Source: Nitrospirota bacterium (GTDB lineage: Bacteria; Nitrospirota; Thermodesulfovibrionia; Thermodesulfovibrionales; Dissulfurispiraceae). Taken from it: a stretch of DNA of 64,000 nucleotides. The translations under genes and the position numbers were made by a program. Under the pieces are notes generated by a model, which saw only the letters and a list, made by a program, of their open reading frames with translations, searched no databases and was not told the DNA's origin. Shown here one piece after another: positions 10,113 to 21,193 of this stretch. The stretch lies in assembly GCA_963710375.1 (NCBI GenBank), contig CAVPZX010000003.1, forward strand, positions 64,001-128,000, read 5' to 3'. Positions within the stretch are counted from its first letter, which is position 1, and each line of letters starts with the position of its first letter.

Positions 10113-12548
10113 TCATTCGATGCTTACCGGAGAAATATGCCATATCTTTTCAGCATACTCACCGATAGCCCTGTCGCTCGAAAATTTGCCTGAACGCGCG
10201 ACATTGAGGATGGCCATTCTTGTCCACCTGTCTTTGTCCTTGTAGACATTGGCTACGTTCTCCTGACAACTGATATATGAGGCATAATCAGCCAGGACAT
10301 AAAACCTGTCCCCTTCCAAAAGGGTTCTGATAATCGGATGAAAGAGACCCTGGTTTTCAGGAGAAAAGTGGCCTTCGAGTATTTGATTGATGGCTTGGCG
10401 AAGCTCCCCGTCAGTCTCATAATATTCCTGAGGGTTGTATCCTGAACTCATAGCCATGATTTCTTCAGCTTTAAGCCCGAAGAGAAAGAAGTTCTCAGCA
10501 CCCACCTGTTCCCTTATTTCGACGTTCGCCCCATCAAGTGTCCCGATGGTTAAGGCTCCATTCAGGGTGAATTTCATATTGCCGGTCCCTGAAGCCTCAA
10601 GTCCGGCAGTCGAAATCTGTTCGGACAGATCTGCTGCAGGGATAATACGCGCGGCCAGGGAAACGTTGTAGTTGGGGACAAATATTACCTGCAATTTCTC
10701 CCTTACAATGGGATTGGCTGCTATCATTTCTCCAACAGCGTTTATCAGTTTGATAATCAGTTTGCAGAGGTAGTATCCGGGCGCTGCCTTTCCTCCAAAC
10801 AGGATTGTTCTTGGGGTGAATGTCTCGTCCACTCTTCCTTCTCTGATCCTGTTGTAAAGGGTTATAGCATGTAAAACGTTCAGCATCTGCCGCTTGTATT
10901 CGTGCAGCCTTTTCACCTGACAATCCAGGAGATGCTGGTGACGAAATGACAATTTAGCGTTCAATGCAAGATAGTTGGACAAGCCGACCTTATTCAGTTC
11001 CTTGACCTCACGGAAACGCTTAATGAATTCACTATCATCGGCAAGAGGTTCGAGCTTACTCAGTTCATCAAGATCTTTTGTCCACAAACGTCCTATGGCT
11101 TCAGTTATCAATCCGGCAAGTGGGCGGTTTGCATCCAACAGCCATCGTCTCGGCGTTATGCCGTTGGTCACATTTTGGAATTTTTCAGGAGTCATAATGT
11201 AAAAAGGATTGAACACTTTTTCCTTTAAAATACGGGAATGAAGCTCTGAAACACCATTTACGGTATGGCTTCCCACTATTGCCAGACGGGCCATGTTCAC
11301 CCACCGCTCACCCTCCCCGGTTATGAGGGCCATTTTCGTCTTGAGATCGTGGTCGCCAGGGAATTCTGCGTCAACCTGTATCAAAAATCTTCTGTCAATT
11401 TCCTGAATGATCTGTAGGTGGCGCGGTAAAAGATGTCCCATAAGACCTTCTGACCATACTTCGAGGGCTTCCGGCAAGACCGTATGATTGGTATAGGCAA
11501 AGGTTTTAGTTGTTATGTCCCAGGAATCTTCCCATCCAATACTTTCCTCATCGACAAGTATCCTCATCAGCTCTGCAATAGCTATGGAAGGGTGTGTATC
11601 GTTGAGCTGAACGGCAACATTATCAGGGAACTCTTTATAGGTTTTATGGAATTTCCTGTATCTTCTGATGATATCTTTTAATGTGGCCGCTACAAAGAAA
11701 TACTGCTGCTTGAGACGCAGTTCCTTTCCGGCAACCGATTGGTCGTCGGGGTAAAGCACTTTGGAGATGTTTTCGCTGTTGTTTTTGTTCTCCACTGCCT
11801 TGATATAATCGCCGCTGTTGAAATACTCAAGATCAAATTCACGGCTTGACTTCGCAGACCATAGACGTAGAGTATTGACAGTATCGTTGTGATACCCGGG
11901 CACCGGATAGTCGTAAGCCATGGCCATGACCTCCTCGGTGTCTGTCCATACCATGCGTAACCGGCCGCTTCCGTAATTAATCGAATTTACCTTGCCGCAG
12001 AACTGGACAGGGTACAATACTTCCGGCCTTGGAAATTCCCACTGGCTCCCGTATCTAAGCCAGTTATCCGGGATTTCAATCTGATAACCATTTTTGATCT
12101 TTTGTAAAAAAATGCCATACTCATACCTTATGCCATACCCATAAGCCGGATATTCAAGTGTGGCCAGTGAGTCAAGAAAACATGCGGCAAGCCTGCCAAG
12201 GCCGCCGTTACCTAGGCCCGCGTCCCATTCAAGCTCTAAAATATCATCATATGACAGCCCGAAGGCGTTAAATGTCTTCTCATGTTCTTCAAATATGCCG
12301 ATATTACTGATATAGCTTCCCAAAAGCCTGCCCATCAGAAATTCCAGCGAGAGATAATATAGCCTTTTTGCTTCAACGTCGTAATAACGCTGCTGGGTTT
12401 TGATCCACTGCTCAACAATGCAATCCCTTACGGACAAAATAGTCGCTTCAAACTTGTCTCTCTGAGTAGCAGAGTATGTATCTTTGGCAAGAGAGTAGGT
12501 AAGGTGGTCCATGAGGGATTCTTGAAACGGTTTCTGACACTGTGCCAT
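10113..12548 (-). CDS. glgP: Glycogen phosphorylase
   Basis: GLGNGGLGRLAACFLDS, QLNDTHP, EASGTGNMKF (PLP lysine). Confidence 0.97.
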   Translation of the reverse strand: MAQCQKPFQESLMDHLTYSLAKDTYSATQRDKFEATILSVRDCIVEQWIKTQQRYYDVEAKRLYYLSLEFLMGRLLGSYISNIGIFEEHEKTFNAFGLSYDDILELEWDAGLGNGGLGRLAACFLDSLATLEYPAYGYGIRYEYGIFLQKIKNGYQIEIPDNWLRYGSQWEFPRPEVLYPVQFCGKVNSINYGSGRLRMVWTDTEEVMAMAYDYPVPGYHNDTVNTLRLWSAKSSREFDLEYFNSGDYIKAVENKNNSENISKVLYPDDQSVAGKELRLKQQYFFVAATLKDIIRRYRKFHKTYKEFPDNVAVQLNDTHPSIAIAELMRILVDEESIGWEDSWDITTKTFAYTNHTVLPEALEVWSEGLMGHLLPRHLQIIQEIDRRFLIQVDAEFPGDHDLKTKMALITGEGERWVNMARLAIVGSHTVNGVSELHSRILKEKVFNPFYIMTPEKFQNVTNGITPRRWLLDANRPLAGLITEAIGRLWTKDLDELSKLEPLADDSEFIKRFREVKELNKVGLSNYLALNAKLSFRHQHLLDCQVKRLHEYKRQMLNVLHAITLYNRIREGRVDETFTPRTILFGGKAAPGYYLCKLIIKLINAVGEMIAANPIVREKLQVIFVPNYNVSLAARIIPAADLSEQISTAGLEASGTGNMKFTLNGALTIGTLDGANVEIREQVGAENFFLFGLKAEEIMAMSSGYNPQEYYETDGELRQAINQILEGHFSPENQGLFHPIIRTLLEGDRFYVLADYASYISCQENVANVYKDKDRWTRMAILNVARSGKFSSDRAIGEYAEKIWHISPVSIE

Positions 12549-12581
12549 ATCTAGGACCGGTCCCTGCAGCGTTTCATATAA

Positions 12582-13439
12582 TCACCTCACCACAAGTATT
12601 GGAGTATCTGCATGTATTATTAGCCGCTCAGTGGTGCTCCCTATATATGCTTTATTTACGCCGCCCCACCCATGACTCCCCATGATGACCAGATCACTCT
12701 TTTCCCTGATGGCAGTTTCAGATATCTTGCTGCTGACATCGCCGTTTCCGATCAGTACTTTTACCTTGACGCCCTTTTCCGTAGCAAGCTCGACAGCCGA
12801 TGCGGTAATCTTTTGCGCTTCCTTCATAAGGCTGTCTTGTATGGCACTGCTTCTGAAAAACTCAATCATCTCTTCATAACGGGGTACTACATAGAGCACA
12901 CTTACGGCACTGCTGTCCATAACGGATATCCGGCAGGCCTGTTCGAGCGCCTTCATACTGGGTCCTGACCCGTCAAACGGGAGAAGAATGGAGGCGTACC
13001 GCCCGGACCAATCCTTGTCTGCTTTTTTTACGACCAGCACATCGCATGTGGCCTTGCCTATGACACCGGACGTCACGCTTCCCATGATAAGTTTTTTTAT
13101 GCTGCTCCTACCGTGAGTTCCCAGGGCTATCAGGTCAGCTTTCTTTGCATGAGCAATCTCCACCAGGGTATCAGCGGGGTCTCCTTCGCATATGATCGAC
13201 TCAATGTTGACGCCAAAAGCGGAAGAGATATCTTTTTTTGCCTGATCGCAAAGCTTTTTTCCAAAATTCATTCTTTGTTCCAGCTGTTCAGGAATAATGC
13301 CGAATTCCTCTTCGTCAAAATATACAGCGTGGACAAGCACGGCACTTCCGCCGTGCCGCTTTATCCAGTTAGCAGTCTCCATAAGAGCTGCTTTGCTATG
13401 CTTAGAGCCGTCGAAAGCCACAACTATGTTGTCATACAT
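12582..13439 (-). CDS. Tandem universal stress protein
   Basis: Two Usp domains (VVAFDGS..GTHG..MGSVT; LPFDGS..MGSHG..IGSTT). Confidence 0.92.
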   Translation of the reverse strand: MYDNIVVAFDGSKHSKAALMETANWIKRHGGSAVLVHAVYFDEEEFGIIPEQLEQRMNFGKKLCDQAKKDISSAFGVNIESIICEGDPADTLVEIAHAKKADLIALGTHGRSSIKKLIMGSVTSGVIGKATCDVLVVKKADKDWSGRYASILLPFDGSGPSMKALEQACRISVMDSSAVSVLYVVPRYEEMIEFFRSSAIQDSLMKEAQKITASAVELATEKGVKVKVLIGNGDVSSKISETAIREKSDLVIMGSHGWGGVNKAYIGSTTERLIIHADTPILVVR

Positions 13440-14356
13440 CAGTGACCTCCTGGACGCACCAGGAGCAATGAAGGGGTGAGAGTCAGTTCAAAAACCATTT
13501 TCACTGTGACCGCAAGAACTATTACTGCCAGAATCACCTTAAGCTGTTCTCCCCTGATCTTTCTGCCGAAGATAGCCCCTATCTGTGCGCCAACTGTAGA
13601 ACCGATCAGCAGAAGCACGGCAAGAATAAAGTCAACGGTGTGATTTGTATAAGCCTGCAAAAAGGTAACTTCCATGCAATTAAAAAGTATCTGGAAAAGA
13701 CTTGTTCCGACAACTACGTGCATCGGCATCCTCAGAATGTATACCATAACCGGCACCATGAGAAACCCTCCTCCTACACCCATAACAGCAGCCAGTATGC
13801 CGACAAAGCCCCCGAAAATGATCGGCAGCAGCGCAGAGTGGGTAACCCCCGACTTTTCGAAACGAGTTTGGAAAGGCAGCGACTTGAGAAACCTGCCCAT
13901 TGCCGATTCCCGCTCCTCTTTGGCTTCATGGTGCGTGGTTTTTCTCAAACTTGAGATGCTTTCAAAAAACATATATGTGCCGACTATGCCGAGCATAAGC
14001 ACGTAAGTCATCTTTATGACAAAATCCGCATTGCCCATGGCCCTCAGGATCTTTATTCCCTGAACTCCCAAAAGCCCGCCGATAAAGCCTCCGGCCAGGA
14101 GGTAGAGCCCCATTTTAAAGTTGACATTGCCGACCCTCCAGTGAGCATAAGTACCTGAGGCCGACGCTGCAACTATCTGATTGGAATCCGTTGCCGCTGC
14201 AACGGTCGAGGGAATGCCGAACATTATCAGAAGCGGCGTCATGAGAAAGCCGCCGCCAACGCCAAAAAGCCCTGACAGCACTCCCACCAAAAATCCAAGC
14301 CCCACAGGGACCAGGACATTAATACTAGTTGAAGCGACCGGTAAGTAAAAATACAT
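13439..14356 (-). CDS. TauE/SafE (TSUP) family transporter
   Basis: MYFYLPVA start after AGGAGG; two GVGGGF..P repeats; multiple TMs. Confidence 0.9.
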   Translation of the reverse strand: MYFYLPVASTSINVLVPVGLGFLVGVLSGLFGVGGGFLMTPLLIMFGIPSTVAAATDSNQIVAASASGTYAHWRVGNVNFKMGLYLLAGGFIGGLLGVQGIKILRAMGNADFVIKMTYVLMLGIVGTYMFFESISSLRKTTHHEAKEERESAMGRFLKSLPFQTRFEKSGVTHSALLPIIFGGFVGILAAVMGVGGGFLMVPVMVYILRMPMHVVVGTSLFQILFNCMEVTFLQAYTNHTVDFILAVLLLIGSTVGAQIGAIFGRKIRGEQLKVILAVIVLAVTVKMVFELTLTPSLLLVRPGGH

Positions 14357-14652
14357 AAATGAACCCTCCTCCTTTATGCTGCGTATCCGTTTTTGGCCAT
14401 GGTAACTACTCCTCGACGGCACTGACCCGAAATCTGCTTCAGCCACTCCTCACAGCTTTCGTTTTTCCTCTTATAATACTCTTCAATCAGATTTCTCTTA
14501 TTATGACGCGATTATTATACTCCAACAAAGTAACTGTTGTCATCAGGTACCCTGCTTTCTACATCACTTTTATATTATTAATCATCAGCAAAGAAATACA
14601 GTTATGCGTTATCCTTGCACAAAAGGAAGAGGAGGCGAAACTCCTGTTTTGG

Positions 14653-15177
14653 CTACCTGTAAGTCAGGATATTGTTTATTATCTGCAGCTGTGAATCAGC
14701 ATTTGTCCAGATCATCTGAAGTGACGACTCGGGAATGCTCTTCCACGACTGCCGAGTTGGCTCATACACGTGTAACTGGACAGGTATCTTGTACTTTTCA
14801 ATAATGGGCTCTATATCCTGTCCCACGTAAATCAACTCCCTGGGAACAAAACCATAGCGGGTAAATTCAATTTTATATTTCCACAGTGTATAGCCGTCAT
14901 GGTATGTGGAATAGAGGTCCGAATAATCCTTGAGCAAGTCTTTTTCCTTATCAGTCAGTGCCTTGCTTTTCAAGGCGGTTATTTCCGCAGACAAATTTTG
15001 CAGGGCTCTATAGAATGCCTGATAGCCGGCGCCGGATTCGAGCGTACTCCGGACATTTTGAGCAGCACTGGTCACACCATTGAACTTTGTTGTGTCCAGT
15101 TCAGGCGTGGAGTGAGAGCATGCTGCACATATCATGGAAAGGGCAAACAGAAAACTAATTATAGTAAATCGCTTCAT
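14653..15177 (-). CDS. Hypothetical lipoprotein
   Basis: MKRF.. signal with lipobox-like CAAC; helical body. Confidence 0.6.
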   Translation of the reverse strand: MKRFTIISFLFALSMICAACSHSTPELDTTKFNGVTSAAQNVRSTLESGAGYQAFYRALQNLSAEITALKSKALTDKEKDLLKDYSDLYSTYHDGYTLWKYKIEFTRYGFVPRELIYVGQDIEPIIEKYKIPVQLHVYEPTRQSWKSIPESSLQMIWTNADSQLQIINNILTYR

Positions 15178-15331
15178 TAGCCGTGTTGACATAATAAGTA
15201 AACTGCAACTTTTTTGCAATACATGGATCATCTGACTCGCTGCCGTGGCGGCCTTTTTATTGCATTCTTTCGAGGAATTTTCTATTATTTAACATTAGGT
15301 GTTTCACTGAGTTTATAAATTGGGGAGGACT

Positions 15332-16768
15332 ATGGGAAGAAATTTCTGGGCCAGAATAATTGCTGCGAGCATGCTGTTGATCGCTGTCGGAATGCTTATC
15401 GGCTCGCGAATGGGACACATGGGACCGCTAAGTGCACCAAGCAGTGTTATAGGGTTTCCGCAATCCTTCGCCGATGTTGCGGCAAGAGTCACTCCCGCAG
15501 TGGTAAATATCAGCACTACTTCAATAGTAAGAGTACCTGGCAACCCATTCAGGCATTTTTTCGGTCCGGATGACGAGGGACCTTTTGGTGATTTTTTTAA
15601 AAGATTTTATGGCGATGTCCCTGACAGGGAGATGAAACAGCAGAGTCTGGGTTCAGGCTTCATTGTCGACAAGGAAGGGTATATTCTAACAAACAATCAC
15701 GTTGTTGAAGGGGCCGAAGAGATAAAAGTAAAATGTTCCGACGGCAGGGAATTTAAGGCCAAAGTCATCGGCAGAGACAAAAAGACCGATCTGGCGCTAA
15801 TCAAGATAGCCTCTCTTTTCAGGGATCTGCCGACGCTAACGTTGGGGGATTCCGAGACTATGAGAGTCGGCGACTGGGTACTCGCCATCGGCAACCCCTT
15901 CGGTCTCGAACATACGGTCACTCAGGGCATTATCAGTGCTACGGGGCGGGTTATCGGCGCCGGACCTTACGATAATTTCCTGCAAACTGATGCGCCGATA
16001 AATCCTGGCAACAGCGGCGGTCCATTGGTGAATTTGCGAGGGGAGGTCATCGGCATCAATACCGCTATTGTCTCCTCAGGGCAGGGGATAGGTTTTGCCA
16101 TTCCCAGCAGCATGGCCAAAACAATCATTTCTCAACTGAAAAATAAGGGGAAGGTAGTCCGGGGATGGATAGGCGTTTCCATTCAAAACATAACTCCTGA
16201 TATGGTCAAGTCCTTTGGCTTAAAAGGGACCGATGGGGCGCTCGTAGGTGATGTCGTGCCGAAAGGACCTGCTGACGTTGCAGGCATAAAAAGGGGTGAT
16301 GTGATTACCTCTTTCAACGGTAAAAGCATAAAAAACATGTCCGATCTTTCGAGGGAGGTTGCCAATACGCCTGTCGGCAGGACTGTTGATGCGATTATTC
16401 TCAGGGACGGCAAGGCAATGGATGTCAAAATTAGTGTTACTGAAATGAATGAAGAGAGACTGGCTTTGGGCAGGGGTGCCCCGGGAGGCGAACTTGGGAT
16501 CAGGGTGGATGATATTACCCCGCGTTGGAAGGCTGAATTGGGCATAAGGGAGAAAACAGGAGCGCTCGTTACGAATGTCTCTCCCGGAAGTCTTGCTGAC
16601 GAGGCCGGCTTGCAGGCAGGTGATATTATAAAAGAACTGAATCACCGGCCTGTCAATAGTGCCCGCGATTTTTATGACGATCTGAGCAAGACAGAACATG
16701 AAACGTCATTGGTCCTTCTGATCAAGAGGTCGGGACAGACATTTTATGTTTCCATCAGGATGCCATAG
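15332..16768 (+). CDS. degP: DegP/DegQ (HtrA) serine protease with two PDZ domains
   Basis: LGSGFI, TNNHVV, TDLAL, TDAPINPGNSGGPL; two PDZ domains. Confidence 0.93.
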   Translation: MGRNFWARIIAASMLLIAVGMLIGSRMGHMGPLSAPSSVIGFPQSFADVAARVTPAVVNISTTSIVRVPGNPFRHFFGPDDEGPFGDFFKRFYGDVPDREMKQQSLGSGFIVDKEGYILTNNHVVEGAEEIKVKCSDGREFKAKVIGRDKKTDLALIKIASLFRDLPTLTLGDSETMRVGDWVLAIGNPFGLEHTVTQGIISATGRVIGAGPYDNFLQTDAPINPGNSGGPLVNLRGEVIGINTAIVSSGQGIGFAIPSSMAKTIISQLKNKGKVVRGWIGVSIQNITPDMVKSFGLKGTDGALVGDVVPKGPADVAGIKRGDVITSFNGKSIKNMSDLSREVANTPVGRTVDAIILRDGKAMDVKISVTEMNEERLALGRGAPGGELGIRVDDITPRWKAELGIREKTGALVTNVSPGSLADEAGLQAGDIIKELNHRPVNSARDFYDDLSKTEHETSLVLLIKRSGQTFYVSIRMP

Positions 16769-16879
16769 AGCGCTACGTATATTACCCGCCATCAAATGTT
16801 GCACAGGTAATTGTTTTGTGATATAAATTGTCTATAACAGTATCTCTTTGATGCTGCATCCTATCCGGAGGTGACAGGC

Positions 16880-18070
16880 ATGGAGGGTAAAAGTTTTTCA
16901 AGGAGAGATTTCTTAAAGACCGCCGGTGCGGCTGCTGCTATGGCTGCTATCGGCGACATCCCTGCGGATCTTTTTGCATCGGATATCAGGATGGTGAAGT
17001 TTCCTGAGAAGACCGATATGATCCTGCGTACTTCCCGTCCCCCTCAGTTGGAAACTCCACTGCATTACTTCAAGCAGTTTATCACTCCTAATGATGCTGT
17101 CTTTGTACGCTGGCACATTGCCAATATTCCTACTACTGTAGATCTTATGCAGTGGCGTCTGAATGTCGGCGGCAATACCGGCAAGGAAATGCACCTTTCT
17201 ATGGACGATTTGAAGAAGTTTGAGAGGGTGACCTATACGGCGGTTATCCAATGTGCCGGGAACGGCCGTAGTTTTTTCGAGCCGAGGGTTGCAGGCGGTC
17301 AGTGGGGAAACGGTGCAATGGGAAATGTGACCTGGACCGGCGCCCGGTTGAAGGACATTCTCGCCATGGCTGATGTCAAGGCTGGATCTGTGGATGTTTC
17401 CTTTAACGGACTTGATACTCCTCCCCTTCCCAAAGTTCCGGATCTTGTGAAGAGCCTCCCTGTGGAGAAGGCGATGGAAGATGATATCATAGTTGCGTAC
17501 GAGATGAACGGCAAGCCGCTCACCATGCTCAACGGATTCCCTGCCAGGCTTATAGTCCCCGGCTGGTATGCTACTTATTGGGTCAAGTGCCTAAGTGACA
17601 TAATGGTACTTCAAAAGCCCTTCGAGGGATTCTGGGTGAAGACAGCTTACAGGATCCCTGACAATCCCTGCGGCTGTGTGCCTCCAGGTACCGCGCCGAC
17701 TAAAAGCATTCCTATAAACAGGATGACAACAAGGTCATTGATTATTGATCCGGCTGACAAGACGAAAATAAAGGCAGACAGACCTGTTGATATAATGGGG
17801 ATAGCGTTTTCAGGCGGCTATGGAATCAGGGATGTTACCGTATCAGTTGATGGCGGGAAGACCTGGGGCGAGGCCAGATTGGGTGAGGATAAAGGCAAAT
17901 ACTCCTGGGTCCAGTGGTTCTATAAATGGAAACCGACCAAACCGGGGAAGTATATGCTCATGGCGCGGGCGACTAACAGTATTGGCGAGTCGCAGCCTTT
18001 TGACGGTCTTTGGAATCCTGCCGGATATCTGTGGAACAAGATTGAAAAAACCGAAGTTGTGATCAAGTAG
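16880..18070 (+). CDS. sorA: Periplasmic molybdoenzyme of the sulfite oxidase family (SorA-like)
   Basis: Tat motif SRRDFLK; RPPQLETP, FVRWH, Mo-ligand QCAGNGR, NGFPARLIVPGWY, WNPAGY. Confidence 0.82.
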   Translation: MEGKSFSRRDFLKTAGAAAAMAAIGDIPADLFASDIRMVKFPEKTDMILRTSRPPQLETPLHYFKQFITPNDAVFVRWHIANIPTTVDLMQWRLNVGGNTGKEMHLSMDDLKKFERVTYTAVIQCAGNGRSFFEPRVAGGQWGNGAMGNVTWTGARLKDILAMADVKAGSVDVSFNGLDTPPLPKVPDLVKSLPVEKAMEDDIIVAYEMNGKPLTMLNGFPARLIVPGWYATYWVKCLSDIMVLQKPFEGFWVKTAYRIPDNPCGCVPPGTAPTKSIPINRMTTRSLIIDPADKTKIKADRPVDIMGIAFSGGYGIRDVTVSVDGGKTWGEARLGEDKGKYSWVQWFYKWKPTKPGKYMLMARATNSIGESQPFDGLWNPAGYLWNKIEKTEVVIK

Positions 18071-18079
18071 GAGGCTGTC

Positions 18080-18403
18080 ATGAAAAAGATCGTGATCTTG
18101 ATAATGCTGGTCCTAGCGGTCACAGCAGGTTTTGTCTACGCAGGCAACAGCGACAATGTACACTCCATTAAATTGCCGAATATTACTACAGACCTGAAGC
18201 CGGGTGAAGGCAAGGAGACGATGGATATCTACTGTATCATGTGCCACAGCCTCGATTATATTACTATGCAGCCTAACTTCTCACGGGCACAGTGGACGGT
18301 TACTGTAAACAAGATGATAAAGACTTTTGGAGCGCCTATTAATGATAAAGATGCAATAATTATTATTAACTATTTGGCGACGCAGTACGGAACAGGAAAA
18401 TAA
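18080..18403 (+). CDS. sorB: SorB-like monoheme cytochrome c
   Basis: Signal peptide; CIMCHSLDYITMQP...W..TVNKMIKTFGAPI pattern; 9 nt after sorA. Confidence 0.8.
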   Translation: MKKIVILIMLVLAVTAGFVYAGNSDNVHSIKLPNITTDLKPGEGKETMDIYCIMCHSLDYITMQPNFSRAQWTVTVNKMIKTFGAPINDKDAIIIINYLATQYGTGK

Positions 18404-18427
18404 AACGGTTATCAGGAGGTAATCAAA

Positions 18428-18757
18428 ATGAGATTTGTATTTGCACTAATTGCGGCCGCATCAATGGTTTTTCTGTATGGCTTGCATAATCCTGCTGGAG
18501 CAGCTGGAAAAGACAAATCAGGACAGGCTGAGTTCAACGAGCACTGTGCCGTCTGCCATCCTGACGGCGGCAATATTGTTAATCCCGAGAAAACACTGCG
18601 CAAGGCCGACCGCGAGAAATATAATGTAAAGACCGCTGCTGACATCATGGGCAAAATGCGGAACCCCGGACCCGGCATGACAAAGTTTGACAAGAAAACG
18701 ATTCCTGACGCCGAGGCAAAGAAGATTGCGGAATTTATATTGAAGACTTTTAAATAG
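18428..18757 (+). CDS. Monoheme class I cytochrome c (c6-like)
   Basis: Signal peptide; CAVCHPDGGN..PEKTL; distal Met in PGPGM. Confidence 0.88.
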   Translation: MRFVFALIAAASMVFLYGLHNPAGAAGKDKSGQAEFNEHCAVCHPDGGNIVNPEKTLRKADREKYNVKTAADIMGKMRNPGPGMTKFDKKTIPDAEAKKIAEFILKTFK

Positions 18758-18764
18758 TCACTGC

Positions 18765-19610
18765 ATGAAACGCCTTGTCTTAATGTTCGTCGCAGTCTGT
18801 TTTTCTTTTCCGCTGTTGCTTCTGCCGGAAGCGCAGGGCCGCGAGGAATTGCCTTCAGGACGTTCCGTCTCTTCAGGTGACATCGGGGTGAACGAGCGGC
18901 TCGGACAGAACATTCCGCTCGACGCAGTTTTTTATGATGAGCAGGGCAACATGACAACACTTAGACAACTGGTCAACAGGCCGGTTGTCCTGAGTCTTGT
19001 CTATTACAGTTGCGACCGCATCTGCCCGCAGTTGCTTGGAGCGATAGCAGCTATAACCGGAGCATTGAAATATGTTCCGGGCAAAGACTATTCCTTGATT
19101 ACCATCAGTTTTGATCCGGAAGATACTCCCAAAACTGCCCGTGATGCGAAAAGGAATTACATCAATTTCATCGGACCGTCGTTCCCCGAAGACGCGTGGA
19201 GGTTTTTGACCGGAACGAGTGACAACATCAAACTGGTCCTCGATGCCGCAGGGTTTGCGATAAGAAAGGATGATATCCACGGTTTTTCGCATCCGGCAGC
19301 CCTTGTTGTGGTATCTCCCAAAGGGAAAATCGTCCGCTACGTTTATCCTGTGAGCGATATCAACTTCTCTTTGCCTCACCCGCTTGCGTTTCAACCCTTC
19401 GACCTGACCCTTGCTATTGCGGATGCGGCAAAAGAGAAGACCGGATTCAGTGTTCAGAGGGCGGTGGCATATTGCTTCCCACATGAACCCAAAGGGCAGG
19501 AGACCTTTTTTAACATATTGAAAATATCCGGCGCTGTCATTGCATTTTGTGTCCTGTCTTTCTTTATTTACCTGGTGTCTGCCGGAAATGCTCTGAAGAG
19601 GGACAAATAA
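18765..19610 (+). CDS. SCO1/SenC copper chaperone
   Basis: CDRICP CxxxC motif, ISFDP.DTP, conserved His (FSHP), C-terminal TM. Confidence 0.9.
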   Translation: MKRLVLMFVAVCFSFPLLLLPEAQGREELPSGRSVSSGDIGVNERLGQNIPLDAVFYDEQGNMTTLRQLVNRPVVLSLVYYSCDRICPQLLGAIAAITGALKYVPGKDYSLITISFDPEDTPKTARDAKRNYINFIGPSFPEDAWRFLTGTSDNIKLVLDAAGFAIRKDDIHGFSHPAALVVVSPKGKIVRYVYPVSDINFSLPHPLAFQPFDLTLAIADAAKEKTGFSVQRAVAYCFPHEPKGQETFFNILKISGAVIAFCVLSFFIYLVSAGNALKRDK

Positions 19611-21191
19611 TGGATACATTCTACGCTGATCTCGGGCAGAGGCGCGGTCTTGCGGCATGGATGATGTCCACCGATCATAAAAGGCTCGGTATCATGTATC
19701 TGACAGCGCTGCTTGTGTTTTTTTCTATCGGCGTGTCGCTGGGCGTGCTGATTAGGCTTAATCTCATCTCGCCCGGCACGTTTGTCCAGGCCCACAACTA
19801 TAACAGACTGTTTACCATACACGGCATAATAATGATTTTTCTTTTTATCATACCGGGGATACCGGCGTCGTTCGGGAATTTCTTCCTTCCGCTCCTCATC
19901 GGCGCCCGTGACGTGGCATTCCCTAGGATAAACCGTTTGTCATGGTGGCTTTACGTTACCGGAGCGGTTGTTGTTATCGCGTCGCTTTTTTTCGGCGGCG
20001 GGCCGCTCGATACAGGATGGACGTTCTACGCGCCTTACAGCATCCAGACAAGAACAAATGTATCTATGGCCGTGCTCGGAGTTTTTATACTCGGGTTTTC
20101 ATCTATTTTGACCGGCCTGAACTTTATCACCACCATTCATCGCCTAAGGGCACCGGGCATGACCTGGCACAGGATGCCCCTCTTTGTTTGGACGCTCTAT
20201 GCTACGGGCTGGGTCCAGTTATTGGCCACTCCCACAATAGCCATTGCTCTCCTTCTCATTATTCTTGAGCGGTTCTTCGGAATCGGGTTCTTCGATCCTG
20301 CCAAGGGAGGGGACCCAGTGCTTTTCGAGCACATGTTTTGGATATATTCCCACCCTGCAGTTTATATCATGGTGCTGCCGGCCATGGGAGTTATTTCAGA
20401 GATAGTCCCGGTATTTTCCCGGAAGGTCATTTTCGGTTACAGGGCAGTTGCGTACTCGGCCATTGCTATTGCTGCCGTGGGTTATCTTGTCTGGGGGCAT
20501 CATATGTTTACGAGCGGCATGAGCGATACGGCGAGGGTTGTTTTCTCATTCTTCACATTTCTTGTTGCCGTGCCGAGCGGAATGAAGGTATTTAATTGGG
20601 TCGGCACGCTGTATAAGGGGTCCATCAGGCTCGACACCCCCATGCTGTATGCACTGTCTTTCATCTTCCTGTTTTCCATCGGAGGTCTCACAGGCCTCAT
20701 ACAGAGCGCGGTTTCGACAAACCTGCACCTGCACAGCACCTATTGGATTGTGGCCCATTTCCACTATGTAATGTTCGGAGGCATGGGGTTTTCTTTTTTG
20801 GGTGCGCTGCATTACTGGTTTCCGAAGATGTTTGGCAGGATGTACCGGGAGCGTCCTGCAAAGATAGGCTGTCTGGTGTTCTTCATAGGATTCAACATCC
20901 TCTATCTCAGCATGTTTATTCTCGGCTACAACGGGATGCCGCGCCGCTATTTCGATTATCCTCCGCAATTTTTTCCCGGGCAGACTGGCTGCGACAATCG
21001 GATCATGGATATTGGCGGCCGGACTCATAATCATTTTCAGAAACCTGATAGTCGCCTTTTACAAGGGGCCTAAGGCCCCTGACAACCCGTGGGGAGGTTC
21101 GACGCTGGAATGGCAGGTGCCTTCTCCTCCTCCCCACGAAAACTTCGGGAAGATGCCTGTGATAACGCGTGGACCATATTCATTTGAATAA
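19610..21191 (+). CDS. coxA: Heme-copper cytochrome c oxidase subunit I, A2-type; apparent +1 frameshift near 20984
   Basis: STDHKRLG, YSHPAVY (A2 signature), VWGHHMF, VAHFHYV, GMPRRY; canonical C-terminus (ATIGSWIL...NPWGGSTLEW..PSPPPHENF) continues in the +1 frame to TAA at 21191. Confidence 0.93.
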
Positions 21192-21193
21192 TT

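Noticed and set aside
20965..20990. Programmed ribosomal frameshifting in coxA and the other broken genes
   Set aside because: The six sites share no slippery heptamer or stimulatory structure, the indels go in both directions, and these families are not known to be recoded. A sequence error explains them more simply.
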